A DNA stretch of 64,000 nt, taken from contig JBCCHT010000018.1 in NCBI GenBank assembly GCA_039028615.1, forward strand, positions 128,001 through 192,000. Reading direction: 5' to 3'. Of this stretch, positions 27,214 to 37,037 are shown piece after piece (positions within the stretch are counted from its first letter, which is position 1; each line of letters starts with the position of its first letter). Source of the stretch: Myxococcota bacterium (GTDB lineage Bacteria > Myxococcota_A > Polyangia > Nannocystales > Nannocystaceae). Made by a program: the position numbers and the translations under genes. Below the pieces are notes generated by a model. That model was given only the letters and a program-made list of their open reading frames with translations. It did no database searches and had not been told where the DNA came from.

Positions 27214-28464
27214 TCAGGCCTGATAGGCCTCGATCGCCGCGTGCACCTCGGCGTCCGCCAAGATGTGGTCGGTCCTCTTCGCCAACGCGAACAGGTGCTT
27301 CACCAGGCCCTCGTCGGCCTCGATCCCGCGCGACTCGAGCCAGAACACCACGTTGGACTCGCCCGACATGAAGCCGATCTCGATCGCTTGGCGCTTGCCG
27401 AACCAGCCCGCGGGAACACCCGAGTACACCCGATCGGCCAGCGCTTCGTCGCCCTTGTTGATCGCCTTGATCACCGCGGCCGCATGCACGCCCGTGGCGG
27501 TACGGAAGGCGTCGTCACCCACCAGCGGGTACTGCATGGGGATCTCGACGCCGAGCGCCTCGCCGACCTTGCGGCACCAGGGCACGAGCTGGCTGAGGTC
27601 GTAGCCCTCGAGCTCACCGAGGAGCTTGAGGTTCATGAGCGTCTGGTCGAGGGCGGCATTGCCGACGCGCTCGCCCACGCCCAGCGCAGTACCGTGGATG
27701 CGGTCGGCACCGGCTCGAATCGCCCGCAGGTTGTTCGGTACCCCGAGCCCACGGTCGTTGTGCCCGTGCCAGTCGATGCCGACGTGGGTGGCCGAGATGG
27801 ACTCGAGCAGCATGCGGGTGAAGCCGATGAGGTCGGTGACCCCGTCGGGCACGGCATGGCCCACCGTGTCGCACAGGCACAGCCGCTGGACGCCGTGCTC
27901 GACGGCGGCGCGGAACAGCTGGTCGAGGATCTTGGGCGGCGTGCGGGTGGTGTCCTCGGTGACGAAGGTCATCGGGAGACCCCGCTTGGCGCACAGGTCG
28001 GCGGCCATGACGGTGCGCTCGAGCAGCAGGCCGACGTCCCAGTTCTCGGCGTAGAGCCGGATGGGGCTGCTGCCCAAGAACGCGTACACGGTGATGGACT
28101 TGCCGGTCTTGTCGGCGATGTCCGCCACCGCGTTGATGTCGGCGGGATGCGTACGCGCGGCGCAGGCGTACTCGATGCCGAGCTTCTCTTGCTCGGCGAA
28201 CTCGATGAGGGCGGTGACGTCGGCCACCGCCCGCTTGCCCGCGCCGGGCAGACCCAGGTCGACCGAGTCGATGCCGAGGCTGGCCGTGAGCCGAAGGATC
28301 TCCTTCTTGTCCTCGATGTCGGGATCCCGAACCGAGGGAGACTGGATGCCATCGCGCAGCGTCTCGTCGAAGAAGCTGAGCTTGCGGCGCAGCGGGGACA
28401 AGGGCCCCCGCCGGTTGCGGACGTTCCAGTCGTAGATGAGCTCTTCGGGGTTGGCCTCGGTCAC
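27214..28464 (-). CDS. LeuA-family (DRE-TIM) 2-isopropylmalate-synthase-like enzyme lacking the regulatory domain
   Basis: DETLRDGIQS, LCDTVG, HGHNDRGLG, GVGERVGNA; only 416 aa. Confidence 0.85.
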   Translation of the reverse strand: MTEANPEELIYDWNVRNRRGPLSPLRRKLSFFDETLRDGIQSPSVRDPDIEDKKEILRLTASLGIDSVDLGLPGAGKRAVADVTALIEFAEQEKLGIEYACAARTHPADINAVADIADKTGKSITVYAFLGSSPIRLYAENWDVGLLLERTVMAADLCAKRGLPMTFVTEDTTRTPPKILDQLFRAAVEHGVQRLCLCDTVGHAVPDGVTDLIGFTRMLLESISATHVGIDWHGHNDRGLGVPNNLRAIRAGADRIHGTALGVGERVGNAALDQTLMNLKLLGELEGYDLSQLVPWCRKVGEALGVEIPMQYPLVGDDAFRTATGVHAAAVIKAINKGDEALADRVYSGVPAGWFGKRQAIEIGFMSGESNVVFWLESRGIEADEGLVKHLFALAKRTDHILADAEVHAAIEAYQA

Positions 28465-28503
28465 GACGCGGCTCCTGGGTGCTGCTGGTTGCCTGCGTTG
28501 AGG

Positions 28504-29703
28504 CTAGACGGCTTCGACGACGAGCGCGATGCCCTGGCCGCCACCAATACAGGCCGAGCAGACGCCGTAGCGCCCCTTGCGGCGACGCAGCTCATGCACC
28601 AGGTGGGCGGTAATCCGGGCTCCGGAGGCCGCCAGGGGGTGTCCGAGGGCGATGGCGCCACCGTCGACGTTGGTCTTGTGACGGTCGAGGCCGAGCTCTT
28701 TTTCACACGCGAGATACTGGGGCGCGAACGCCTCGTTGATCTCCACGAGATCCATGTCGTCGAGGCCGAGGCCCGAGCGCTCGAGCGCGCCCTGGATGGC
28801 CGGCACGGGACCGATGCCCATGATGGTGGGATCGACGCCCGCGGTGTGCCACTGCACGAGCCGCGCGAGCGGGGTGAGGTTGTGCTTCTTGACCGCTTCG
28901 CCGCTGGCCACGATGAGCGAGCCCGCGCCGTCGCAGATGCCCGACGCGTTGCCGGCGGTGACGGTGCCGTTCTTCTTGAAGACCGGCGGCAGCTTGGCCA
29001 TCTTCTCGAGGGTGGCGGTGGGGCGAGCGTGCTCGTCGACGTCGAAGACCTCGGGGCCCTTGCGGCTCTTGAGCTCCATCGGCGCCATCTCTTCTTTGAA
29101 GCGACCGGCCTGCTGGGCCTCGCCCCACAGCTTCTGGCTGCGCAGGCCGTACTCGTCGCACTGCTCGCGGGAGATCTCGAACTTCTCGGCGAGGTTCTCC
29201 GCGGTGTTGGCCATGGCACAGCCGGCGTGCGGGTCGTACAGCGAGGACCACAGCGTGTCCTCGAGCTCGGGGCTCTTGCCGAGCTTGATGCCGAAGCGGA
29301 TGCCACGGGCCGCGTAGGGGGCCTGGCTCATGTTCTCGGTGCCACCGGTCAGCACGACCTCGGCGTCGTGCAGGAGGATCTCCTGCGCGCCGTTGACCAC
29401 GGCCTGGAAGCCCGAGCCGCACAGGCGGTTGACGGTGAGGGCGGGGGTGGGGATGGGCACGCCAGCCTTGAGGCCAATGTGGCGAGCCATGTACAGCGCG
29501 TCGGCCGAGGTCTGGGCGACGTTGCCGAAGACCACGTGGTCGATGATGTCGGGGGCGACGTTACCGGCTTCGAGCGCGGCCTTGGCTGCAACGACCCCGA
29601 GGTCGATGGCGCTGTGGTTCTTGAGCTTGCCGCCGAAGGTCCCGAAGGGGGTGCGCTTGGCAGCAACGATGAAAACGTCTCGCGAGAGAGCTTTGGCGGG
29701 CAT
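28504..29703 (-). CDS. Acetyl-CoA C-acyltransferase (thiolase)
   Basis: TVNRLCGSGFQ, TAGNASGICDGA, EINEAFA, GHPLAASG, SACIGGGQG. Confidence 0.97.
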   Translation of the reverse strand: MPAKALSRDVFIVAAKRTPFGTFGGKLKNHSAIDLGVVAAKAALEAGNVAPDIIDHVVFGNVAQTSADALYMARHIGLKAGVPIPTPALTVNRLCGSGFQAVVNGAQEILLHDAEVVLTGGTENMSQAPYAARGIRFGIKLGKSPELEDTLWSSLYDPHAGCAMANTAENLAEKFEISREQCDEYGLRSQKLWGEAQQAGRFKEEMAPMELKSRKGPEVFDVDEHARPTATLEKMAKLPPVFKKNGTVTAGNASGICDGAGSLIVASGEAVKKHNLTPLARLVQWHTAGVDPTIMGIGPVPAIQGALERSGLGLDDMDLVEINEAFAPQYLACEKELGLDRHKTNVDGGAIALGHPLAASGARITAHLVHELRRRKGRYGVCSACIGGGQGIALVVEAV

Positions 29704-29923
29704 GCGTTTCTCCAACCATTCCCGGCCACGACCGGGCCGAGTATGTGAACGCTCCGACGAACTGGCCCAGCTGTGGGCTCGCGCCGAAGCCATCGCACTG
29801 TAGTGCAAGGCACTCCGCGCTGCCGGCGTTCGCCGGCCCGCTTCGCCCCGAAGTCGTGGATTTTCCTCACGGTTTGAGGCACCGTGCGGAAGTGCGGTTC
29901 AATCGAGGCGCGTGAGCGAGCCA

Positions 29924-30748
29924 ATGCCATCGTCCATGTTCGGCCCGAAGCGACGGCGTTGGGCTCGTCGTGGTGTCACGATCGCGGTGACGTGTGGCCT
30001 ATGGAGCCTGGCGCCGGAGGCGAGTGCTGCACCCGAGTCGGCCGACGCTGCACAACAGCAGCCCGCCGCTGCGAAAGAGCAGCCGAGCCCGAGCGAGAGC
30101 CCGACTCGCTTGTCGCGGTATCTCACTCGCGACGTTCGACCGGGTCCACACTTTGTCGATCACGGGGTGCTGCAAGCCACCGTCGCGGGCGGGTGGCCGC
30201 ACCTTTATCGAATCGGTCTGTCGCTCGGTGTGCTCGACCACATCACCGTGGGGGCCACCGCTCACTGGGTGCCGGGTCAGAGCGCCCCGCGGTGGTCGCC
30301 CGACATTGCGATCGCGTTTTATCGGGGGCGTTCGTTCGAGGTCGGGGCGTGGCACATGTGGTCGCTCTATCCTCCGCCCGTCGATGACCTCGATCCAGCG
30401 ACGCCTTCGTATCAGCGGGAGGCGCAGTGGATTCTGGGGACGGCGAGCTTTGGGCAGGCGGCGCTGACGGCTGGGGTCGATGTGGGGACGGTGCGGGAGC
30501 GGGTGGATGATCCGGGGATGGATCCGAACGATGACTCTACGAATCCGTCGATCATTCGGTGGCGGTTTGGTGGGGGGATGCATCTGCGGGCGGGGACTCG
30601 GCGGTGGGGGTTTACGGCGCAGGTGTTGGTGCCGCAGGTGATGGCGGAGATTCGGTTCGATATTCGGTTCGGGTTGTTCGAGATGCGGCGTAAGGGGGGG
30701 TGGAAGTTGCGGCGGAGTATTGCGGATTGGGATCGGCCGTTGGGGTGA
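29924..30748 (+). CDS. Hypothetical secreted or outer-membrane beta-rich protein
   Basis: Signal peptide; amphipathic beta-like segments; start uncertain (29912, 29924 or 29936). Confidence 0.7.
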   Translation: MPSSMFGPKRRRWARRGVTIAVTCGLWSLAPEASAAPESADAAQQQPAAAKEQPSPSESPTRLSRYLTRDVRPGPHFVDHGVLQATVAGGWPHLYRIGLSLGVLDHITVGATAHWVPGQSAPRWSPDIAIAFYRGRSFEVGAWHMWSLYPPPVDDLDPATPSYQREAQWILGTASFGQAALTAGVDVGTVRERVDDPGMDPNDDSTNPSIIRWRFGGGMHLRAGTRRWGFTAQVLVPQVMAEIRFDIRFGLFEMRRKGGWKLRRSIADWDRPLG

Positions 30749-30795
30749 GACGGGCGGCCCCGGTGAGGGCTCTTGCGAGTGGGTGGAGCGGCAAC

Positions 30796-30922
30796 GGTTG
30801 TGGGGAGCGGGCACGGTTGGCTTCGAAGGGGCCTGGTGAGGGCTGGGTTGTGGGGAGCGGGGCTGTCGGGTTGGAGGGGTGAGTGGGGCGGTTCGGTGAG
30901 GGCTGGGTTGTGGGGAGCGGGG
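30796..30922 (+). repeat. G-rich direct repeats with a G-quadruplex consensus
   Basis: GGTGAGGGCTGGGTTGTGGGGAGCGGGG at 30835-30862 and 30895-30922 (period 60); partial copy at 30796-30811. Confidence 0.85.
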
Positions 30923-30930
30923 ACCGTCGG

Positions 30931-31111
30931 CTTCGATGGGGGGGAAGGGGGCCCTGTTGACGCCAGACGCCTACCCCGGACGTGCTCGGCGGCGATGGGG
31001 AAATCGGGTGCTTGTAGGAGCGCATAGTCGCCGCCTCCGCGCGACCGGGGGCCCCTTCCGGCTACGCGGGTGCCCCTCACGGCTAGAAGGAGGGGGTTGG
31101 TCGGGCTCCTG
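30931..31111 (+). repeat. 181-bp structured dispersed repeat, copy A
   Basis: About 90% identical (by eye) to the reverse complement of 37588-37768; nested stems. Confidence 0.9.
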
Positions 31112-31126
31112 ATACGGCCTGCTGTG

Positions 31127-31340
31127 TAGGGCGGTGGTGCTCGAAGGGTGTGGGGCGGTGCGGTATCGAGTGGGGTAGGTCGCGATGTGGGGCGGTGATG
31201 TTCGAGGGGGGTCGAGGGGGCCGCCGCTTTAGGGCGGTGGTGCTCGAAGGGTGTGGGGCGGCTCGATGTGGGGTGGTGTTGTTCGAGGGGGGTCGAGGGG
31301 GCCGCCGCGTTAGGGCGATGGTGTTCGAAGGGGGTGGGGC
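31127..31340 (+). repeat. G/T-rich imperfect tandem repeat of about 81 bp
   Basis: Units at 31183-31263 and 31264-31340; partial TAGGGCGGTGGTGCTCGAAGGGTGTGGGGCGG at 31127. Confidence 0.8.
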
Positions 31341-31470
31341 AGAGGGGTGGTGGCCCGTGGGTGGGCCGGGGTGACGGCCCATTGGTGGGCCACTTGGGGG
31401 AGTGGGGTGGGGCAAGTATGCGAGATCAGGTGGGGGGAGGGGCGGCGCGGATTCTGCTTTGGGTGGGGGC

Positions 31471-31827
31471 ATGGTTCGTTTCTACGTCCTCCTGTTGTTG
31501 CGCCTGTTGGTTCTGTGTTCGGTCACGGGGCTCGCTGGGTTGGCGAGTGGTTCGGCTCGGGCTGCGAGTGTGCCGGTCTTTGGTTTCGTGGTGCCGGCGT
31601 TGTCGGGGCAGCTCAACCTCAATACGGCTTCGGCCGAGCGCCTCGAGTTGTTGCCGGGGGTAGGGCCCGCGACGGCGGCGAAGATCATCGCGTACCGTGA
31701 GCGGAGGCCCTTTGCCAACATTCGTCAGGTCATGCGGATCAAGGGGATCGGGCGCAAGCGCTTCGATGCCTGGCGGCCCTACCTGGTGGTGGAAGGGGAG
31801 ACCACGCTGCACGTGGCTTCGCCGTGA
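31471..31827 (+). CDS. comEA: ComEA-family helix-hairpin-helix DNA-binding protein
   Basis: LNLNTASAERLELLPGVGPATAAKIIAYRE...MRIKGIG; N-terminal signal sequence. Confidence 0.85.
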   Translation: MVRFYVLLLLRLLVLCSVTGLAGLASGSARAASVPVFGFVVPALSGQLNLNTASAERLELLPGVGPATAAKIIAYRERRPFANIRQVMRIKGIGRKRFDAWRPYLVVEGETTLHVASP

Positions 31828-31942
31828 CCGCCTGTTCTCGTGCTTGCCTTGCTCCAACTCCCCTCGGGGCGCGGGTCGTCACCCGCCCTCGTCGGGGGGA
31901 TGGACGCATGGCGGCTCGACAACCTGCTAAGGTGCCCGCGCC

Positions 31943-33079
31943 ATGCTTCGCACGCGCACGCGCTGGGCTCTGGTCGTCGGCTTTGTCGTCTTGGCCGGGT
32001 GTCGCCACAAAATTCCTGCTCCCTACGCCCGAGGGCAGGGGCCGGTCGCCTCCGATCTGCTCGCCCGCACGGGCGCTCAGCTGCCCGCGCTGCAGGTGTC
32101 CGATGCCACGGTGGTGGCCAATCGAGTCGCGCGGGGCAACCTGGCCTTCATCGCCGAGGCTCCGGGGCGTTTCCGAGGCACGGTGGGGCTGGCGGGCAAC
32201 GAGCTCGTCACCCTCGCGTTCCATGAGCAGGGCTATGCGCTGCGGTACAAGATGGACGCGTTTCCGCCGGGCTACTACGCGGGGCCGCCGTCGGACTGTG
32301 CCGTGCAGGCGCTGCTCGGGGTCTCGTTCGCCACCGAGGGGTTGGTCGATCTCGTGCTGGGCGGGGCGCCCGTGATCGAGGCGCCCTTCGAGGTGCGCGA
32401 CCAAAAGTGGAGCTCCAAAGGGGGCTACGAGTCGCTCACCATCGCCAACGACAGGCTCGTGCAAGAGCTGCGCTTCGGCTGGGTCGGCAACGAGTGGCGA
32501 GTGGTGGGCGGGCAGCTGTGGGCCCGCAACGGCGACGGTGTCGGCGAGCGCTACTGGACGGTCGAGCACGTCGATCTGCAGGCCGAGGGGGAGGTCTACC
32601 TGCCCAAGAAGACCAAGGTCATGACGCCGGGCAAGCGGCGGGACGTGACCGTGGTGATCAACTACAAAAAACGCGACCTCGATCCGGCGTTCGCGAAGAA
32701 TCGCAAGCAGGCCGGAGGCAAGGGCGGCGACTCCGATCCCTTCGAAGAGGACGGCGATCCTTGGGAGGACGAGGGCGATCCCTGGGAAGATGAGGGCGCC
32801 GAGTGGGAAGACGGGGCCGAAGCGGCGGGCTCCGCCGAAGCCCCGGCCGAGGGCGGGCCGGCTTCGACCGAAGCCACGGGCGATCAACCGGCGGAGCCCG
32901 GCTCCGAGGCGTCGGCCGCCGAGCAAGCGCCTCCGCCCGCCGAGCAAGCGCCTCCGCCGGCCGAGCAAGCACCTCCGCCCGCCGCGAAGGAGCCCGAGCC
33001 CTCCGGGCCGCCGCCGATTCCTCCCGAGTTCAGCCTCGAGCCCACGGGGCTCACCGTTCGCGGCGATCTGTGTCGGTGA
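31943..33079 (+). CDS. Lipoprotein, possible DUF4292/LolA-like fold, with an acidic Pro-rich tail
   Basis: Lipobox LAGC; beta-rich core; DPWED/DPFEE repeats and three AEQAPPP repeats. Confidence 0.7.
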   Translation: MLRTRTRWALVVGFVVLAGCRHKIPAPYARGQGPVASDLLARTGAQLPALQVSDATVVANRVARGNLAFIAEAPGRFRGTVGLAGNELVTLAFHEQGYALRYKMDAFPPGYYAGPPSDCAVQALLGVSFATEGLVDLVLGGAPVIEAPFEVRDQKWSSKGGYESLTIANDRLVQELRFGWVGNEWRVVGGQLWARNGDGVGERYWTVEHVDLQAEGEVYLPKKTKVMTPGKRRDVTVVINYKKRDLDPAFAKNRKQAGGKGGDSDPFEEDGDPWEDEGDPWEDEGAEWEDGAEAAGSAEAPAEGGPASTEATGDQPAEPGSEASAAEQAPPPAEQAPPPAEQAPPPAAKEPEPSGPPPIPPEFSLEPTGLTVRGDLCR

Positions 33080-33240
33080 TCTAGGTCCTGCCGAAGTCGC
33101 GCGCGCAAGGCCACCGTGGTGCGCCGGGCTGGCGACGACGGCTCGGTCGCCTGCGGGCGCGTTCGGCCTGTCCGGCTGCCGTTGGGCGCTTCTCGACGGG
33201 CAGAAGCCCGTGTGCGTTGGCGCGCGAACACGTCGAAAAA

Positions 33241-33276
33241 TTCATTGTTGACCGATCGGTTCCTAATGGCTACGTT
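33241..33276 (+). promoter_or_regulatory. Sigma70-like promoter and operator 1 of tetR
   Basis: TTGACC (33248)-17 bp-TACGTT (33271); operator TTCATTGTTGACCGATCGGTTCCTAATG (33241-33268). Confidence 0.75.
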
Positions 33277-33282
33277 GAGTTC

Positions 33283-33870
33283 GTGCCCAGGCCACGCGAA
33301 TACGACGAGGATCAGGTCCTCGAGCTGGCGATGGCGCAGTTTTGGTCCCACGGGTACGAGGCGACGTCGATGAGCGCGCTGATGGAAGCCACGGGACTGG
33401 CCAAAGGGAGCCTCTACAAGGGGTTCGGCGACAAGCACCAGCTGTTCGTCAAGACGCTCGTTCGCTACCTCGAGCGGGGTCGCCACGCGCTTCGCGAGTG
33501 CATCGAAGACGCCGACGATGCGCGCGCGGGTCTTCGCCGCTGGCTCGAAGACAACGCCGAGCCGGCGGCTCACGATGGCCTACGGCGCGGGTGCTTCGCA
33601 GTGAATACCGCGGTCGAGCTCGCGCCCCACGATGCTGAAATACGGAGAGTCCTTCGGGACCACGAACGGCGAATGGAAAAGCTCTACCAGGACTGCGTGC
33701 GCAGGGGCATCGAAGACGGAAGCCTCCGAGCAGACCTCGATCCCCCGAACGCAGCCCGCTGGATTACCACCGTCGTCTACGGCCTCCAGGTTCGCTCCAA
33801 GCTCGGCATGAGCCACACGCTGGGGCTGGAGACCGCCGCGCAGGCCCTCGATTCGATGGCCGGGGCCTGA
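33283..33870 (+). CDS. TetR-family regulator, NemR/ComR-like
   Basis: PRPREYDEDQVLELAMAQFWSHGYEATS...GSLYKGFGDK HTH; GCFAVNTAVELAPHD; GTG start. Confidence 0.92.
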   Translation: MPRPREYDEDQVLELAMAQFWSHGYEATSMSALMEATGLAKGSLYKGFGDKHQLFVKTLVRYLERGRHALRECIEDADDARAGLRRWLEDNAEPAAHDGLRRGCFAVNTAVELAPHDAEIRRVLRDHERRMEKLYQDCVRRGIEDGSLRADLDPPNAARWITTVVYGLQVRSKLGMSHTLGLETAAQALDSMAGA

Positions 33871-33889
33871 GCTCCCCTTTTTTTCTTCG

Positions 33890-33917
33890 TTCATTTTAGA
33901 CCGATCGGTCACAAATG
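33890..33917. promoter_or_regulatory. Operator 2, upstream of the SDR genes
   Basis: TTCATTTTAGACCGATCGGTCACAAATG is a near copy of 33241-33268 and resembles the NemR box TAGACCnnnnGGTCTA. Confidence 0.75.
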
Positions 33918-33952
33918 ATCTCATCGACCCCGACAAAAAAGAGAAACGAACA

Positions 33953-34708
33953 ATGACCACGCACAAAAACAAGACGTACCTCGTTACTGGCGGAACCACG
34001 GGCATCGGAGCCGCGACGGCTCACCACCTCGCCGAGGCCGGCGCGAGAGTCATCGCGACCGGGCGCTCCCCGAAGACACTGGAGGCGGCCACCAAGGCGG
34101 CCCCGGCCAACGTCGAGATCGTCGCCTCGGATGCGGGTGATCTCGAGGCGATCGGCAAACTCGTCGCGCACCTCCAAAGCTCGTACGGAACCATCGACGG
34201 TGCGTTCATCAACGCCGGGATTGCCCCCTTTGCGCCGCTCGAGGCGTGGACGGAGGAGCTGTTCGACTCACTGTTCAACGTCAACGTCAAAGGCCCGTTC
34301 TTTCTCACCAAGAACCTCGTCCCCATCATGAACTCCGGGGGCGCGATCGTGTTCAACACCTCCATGGTGCACTCGATCGGCATGGCCTCGGCTGCGGCCT
34401 ATGGTGGCTCCAAGGGCGCTCTGCGATCGATCGTTCGTTCGTTGTCGGTGGAGCTGGCCGACAAGGGGATTCGAGTGGCGTCCATCGCCCCGGGGCCCAT
34501 CGAGACGCCGATCTACGGCAAGCTCGGCATGGACGAAGCCCAGCTCCAGGGCTTCGCCGCTCACGTGGCCAGCCGCGTCCCCCTCAAGCGCTTCGGGACC
34601 GCCGACGACATCGCCCAGGCCGCGGGGTTCTTGCTCAGCGGCGGCGCTGGCTTCATTACCGGCACCGAGCTGGTCGTCGACGGCGGCTGGGCCAACAACG
34701 TCGGCTAG
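33953..34708 (+). CDS. Short-chain dehydrogenase/reductase
   Basis: TGGTTGIG, NAG, YGGSK, PGPIETP. Confidence 0.95.
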   Translation: MTTHKNKTYLVTGGTTGIGAATAHHLAEAGARVIATGRSPKTLEAATKAAPANVEIVASDAGDLEAIGKLVAHLQSSYGTIDGAFINAGIAPFAPLEAWTEELFDSLFNVNVKGPFFLTKNLVPIMNSGGAIVFNTSMVHSIGMASAAAYGGSKGALRSIVRSLSVELADKGIRVASIAPGPIETPIYGKLGMDEAQLQGFAAHVASRVPLKRFGTADDIAQAAGFLLSGGAGFITGTELVVDGGWANNVG

Positions 34709-34724
34709 CCCCGCGGAGCGCCTC

Positions 34725-35564
34725 ATGGACCATCCCGCAATCGCACGAGGAAACGTCGCCGTCATCACGGGCGGCGCCAGTGGAATCGGCCTCGCCGTCG
34801 CACGAGCGCTGTCCAGCAAGGGCATGCGCGTCTGCTTGGCCGACCTGGAACAGGAGGCGCTCGACGCCGCGACGAAGACCCTCGACGGTGAAGCCATCGG
34901 GGTCGTCGTCGACGTCTCGGTCGTGTCTTCATTGGAGACCCTGCACCAGACCGTCGTCGACCGCTTTGGGCGAGTCGATGTGTTGATGAACAACGCTGGC
35001 ACCGGAGGCGGCGGCCCGACCTGCTTCGGGGGTGCCGACCAGTGGCGACGCATCCTGGGCGTCAACCTGTGGGGGGTGCTCAACGGCTTGCAGGTCTTCG
35101 GAGAGATGATGCTCGCTCAAGGCACGCCCGGCGCCATCGTGAACACCGGGTCCAAGCAGGGCCTCACGAATCCCCCGGGCAATCCCGCGTACAACATCAG
35201 CAAGGCTGCGGTGCGTCGGGTCACCGAGAGCCTCGCCGCCGAGCTGCGAGCCCGCGAAGGCGGCTCGGTCACCGCACACCTGCTCGTTCCCGGCTTCACC
35301 TATACGGGCATGATCGCCAAGTCGATCCCCACGCGCCCGCCCGGGGCATGGACGTCCGAGCAGGTCGCCGACCGCCTCCTCGAGCGCATGGGCCGGGGGG
35401 ACTTCTACATCCTCTGCCCCGACAACGAAGTCACCGAGTCGATGGATCACGCCCGGATGCAGTGGAACCTCGACGACATCGTCGAGAATCGACCCGCGCT
35501 GTCCCGTTGGCACCCCGATTTCAAGGAGGCATTCGGGCGCTTCATGGACGACGCTGAAGGCTAG
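34725..35564 (+). CDS. Short-chain dehydrogenase/reductase
   Basis: TGGASGIG, NNAG, NTGSKQG, YNISK. Confidence 0.93.
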   Translation: MDHPAIARGNVAVITGGASGIGLAVARALSSKGMRVCLADLEQEALDAATKTLDGEAIGVVVDVSVVSSLETLHQTVVDRFGRVDVLMNNAGTGGGGPTCFGGADQWRRILGVNLWGVLNGLQVFGEMMLAQGTPGAIVNTGSKQGLTNPPGNPAYNISKAAVRRVTESLAAELRAREGGSVTAHLLVPGFTYTGMIAKSIPTRPPGAWTSEQVADRLLERMGRGDFYILCPDNEVTESMDHARMQWNLDDIVENRPALSRWHPDFKEAFGRFMDDAEG

Positions 35565-35648
35565 ATGCCGGGGCGCTCGCAGGCAGGGCCGCCGTTGCGA
35601 GCGAGCCGAGACCTGCGTGCTGCCCGGGCGACCGACCCGCGGCGCCCT

Positions 35649-36752
35649 CTACCAGTCTTCGGGCTCTTCCGCGTCGTTCCTCTTGTGGTTCCTTCGGGCG
35701 AAGTTCCTTCGCTCGCGCCGCGCGGTATGGCGGGCGTAGGAGTCCTGCCGCTCCTGTCGATGACGCTGCTCTCGCTTCAGCTTGCGTTGGTGCTCGAGCC
35801 ACCCCAGATCGAGCGCCCCGTCTGCGGCCGTCGAGTTCACGACGCAGCCGGGTTCGTGCTGATGTCGGCAGTCACGGAAGCGGCACTGAGGGGCCGCGCC
35901 CTGCCACCCGTCCGTTGAGCTGTCCACCTTCGCCTCGGGCGCCCATGGCTTGAACTCCCGCATGCCCGGAGTATCGATGAGCAACCCTCGACCCGCGGGG
36001 CATGGCTGCCCGCTCGTCCCGCGCTGCGGCAGCGGCACGAGCTGGCGTCGTGTGGTGGTGTGCCGTCCCTTCGCATCGCTCCGCACCGGAGTCACGCGCT
36101 GGAGGTCGTGTCCCACCAGCCGATTGAGCAACGTCGACTTGCCGACCCCCGACGAGCCGACCAGGGCCACCGTGCGTCCGGCCCTCAGGTGTCCACCGAG
36201 GCCGTCGTAGTGCCGATCGTGCAACGCACTCAGCACCACGACTGGGCGGTCTCGCGCCCGAGGCCCCAGCCGCTCGACATGCGCACTCACGTCGCGACAC
36301 AGATCCGCCTTGTTGAGCACCACGACCCCCTGCGCTCCCCCAGCGTGGACTGCAGTGAGATACCGTTCGATCCGACGCGGACTGAATTCTCGATCGAGCG
36401 CCGCGACCACGAACACCGTGTCCACGTTCGCTGCGATCACCTGCGGCTGCATGTCCAGCCCCGCCCGAGCCCGCATCAACACCGTACGCCGAGGCAAGAT
36501 CGCCTCGATCCGCGTGAGCCCCCCGTCCATCGGTCGGCTCACCACCCAGTCCCCCACCGCGGGGCGCTGGTCGACCGCATGCCGCCGCATTCGCCCGGCG
36601 AGCATGCCCCAACTCTCTCCTTCTTCTTCCGACACCAACCCGTACCGGTCGGAGTACTGCACCGCCACCCGAGCGGCCCGAAGCTCATCATCGTTCAGCC
36701 CATTCAGGGCCCGCTGAAACCACTGGCTCCAGCCATACAACTCTCGTCTCAT
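35649..36752 (-). CDS. rsgA: Ribosome small subunit-dependent GTPase A (long form)
   Basis: PAVGDWV, AANVD, LNKADL, GSSGVGKSTLLN, GRHTTT, DTPGMRE, CRFRDCRHQHEPGC. Confidence 0.92.
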   Translation of the reverse strand: MRRELYGWSQWFQRALNGLNDDELRAARVAVQYSDRYGLVSEEEGESWGMLAGRMRRHAVDQRPAVGDWVVSRPMDGGLTRIEAILPRRTVLMRARAGLDMQPQVIAANVDTVFVVAALDREFSPRRIERYLTAVHAGGAQGVVVLNKADLCRDVSAHVERLGPRARDRPVVVLSALHDRHYDGLGGHLRAGRTVALVGSSGVGKSTLLNRLVGHDLQRVTPVRSDAKGRHTTTRRQLVPLPQRGTSGQPCPAGRGLLIDTPGMREFKPWAPEAKVDSSTDGWQGAAPQCRFRDCRHQHEPGCVVNSTAADGALDLGWLEHQRKLKREQRHRQERQDSYARHTARRERRNFARRNHKRNDAEEPEDW

Positions 36753-36939
36753 TGTAGGTCGTCATTCCCAGGCGACGAGATCCCATCGCCCGCCAGCTAC
36801 GCCCCGCGACCCCACAACCGTGCGACCACGAGCCGCAACCATTCCGGTCACGAAACGGCGCAACACCCCAGAAATGACCAACCCCGCCCGATCCAGCCCT
36901 CTCAGGCCGTTCGAGCGACGCTCACGCAAGCCCCGGACC

Positions 36940-37008
36940 TCAGCCCGTCAGCCCACCATCACCCCGAGGACGCTCGCCACACAGATTCACCAACTTCGAA
37001 TTCATCAT
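36940..37008 (-). CDS. 22-aa putative leader peptide MMNSKLVNLCGERPRGDGGLTG upstream of rsgA
   Basis: Perfect SD AGGAGGT (37020-37014) 5 nt before the ATG, just downstream of a promoter. Confidence 0.65.
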   Translation of the reverse strand: MMNSKLVNLCGERPRGDGGLTG

Positions 37009-37037
37009 CACGCACCTCCTCGTAGGCTGCTGCCTCC

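Noticed and set aside
27241..29748. Long antisense ORFs (835 aa here; also 49100-51178, 51182-53494, 54398-56434)
   Set aside because: They are shadows of real genes on the opposite strand, expected in high-GC DNA.
30835..30922. 28-bp repeats with a 32-bp gap as a CRISPR array
   Set aside because: Only two full copies, G-rich and non-palindromic, the gap resembles neighbouring units, and there are no cas genes or leader.
31040..31111. Group II intron domain V/VI remnant within the 181-bp element
   Set aside because: A hairpin followed by GGAGGGGG is superficially similar, but the catalytic triad, GNRA loop and bulge geometry are not convincing.
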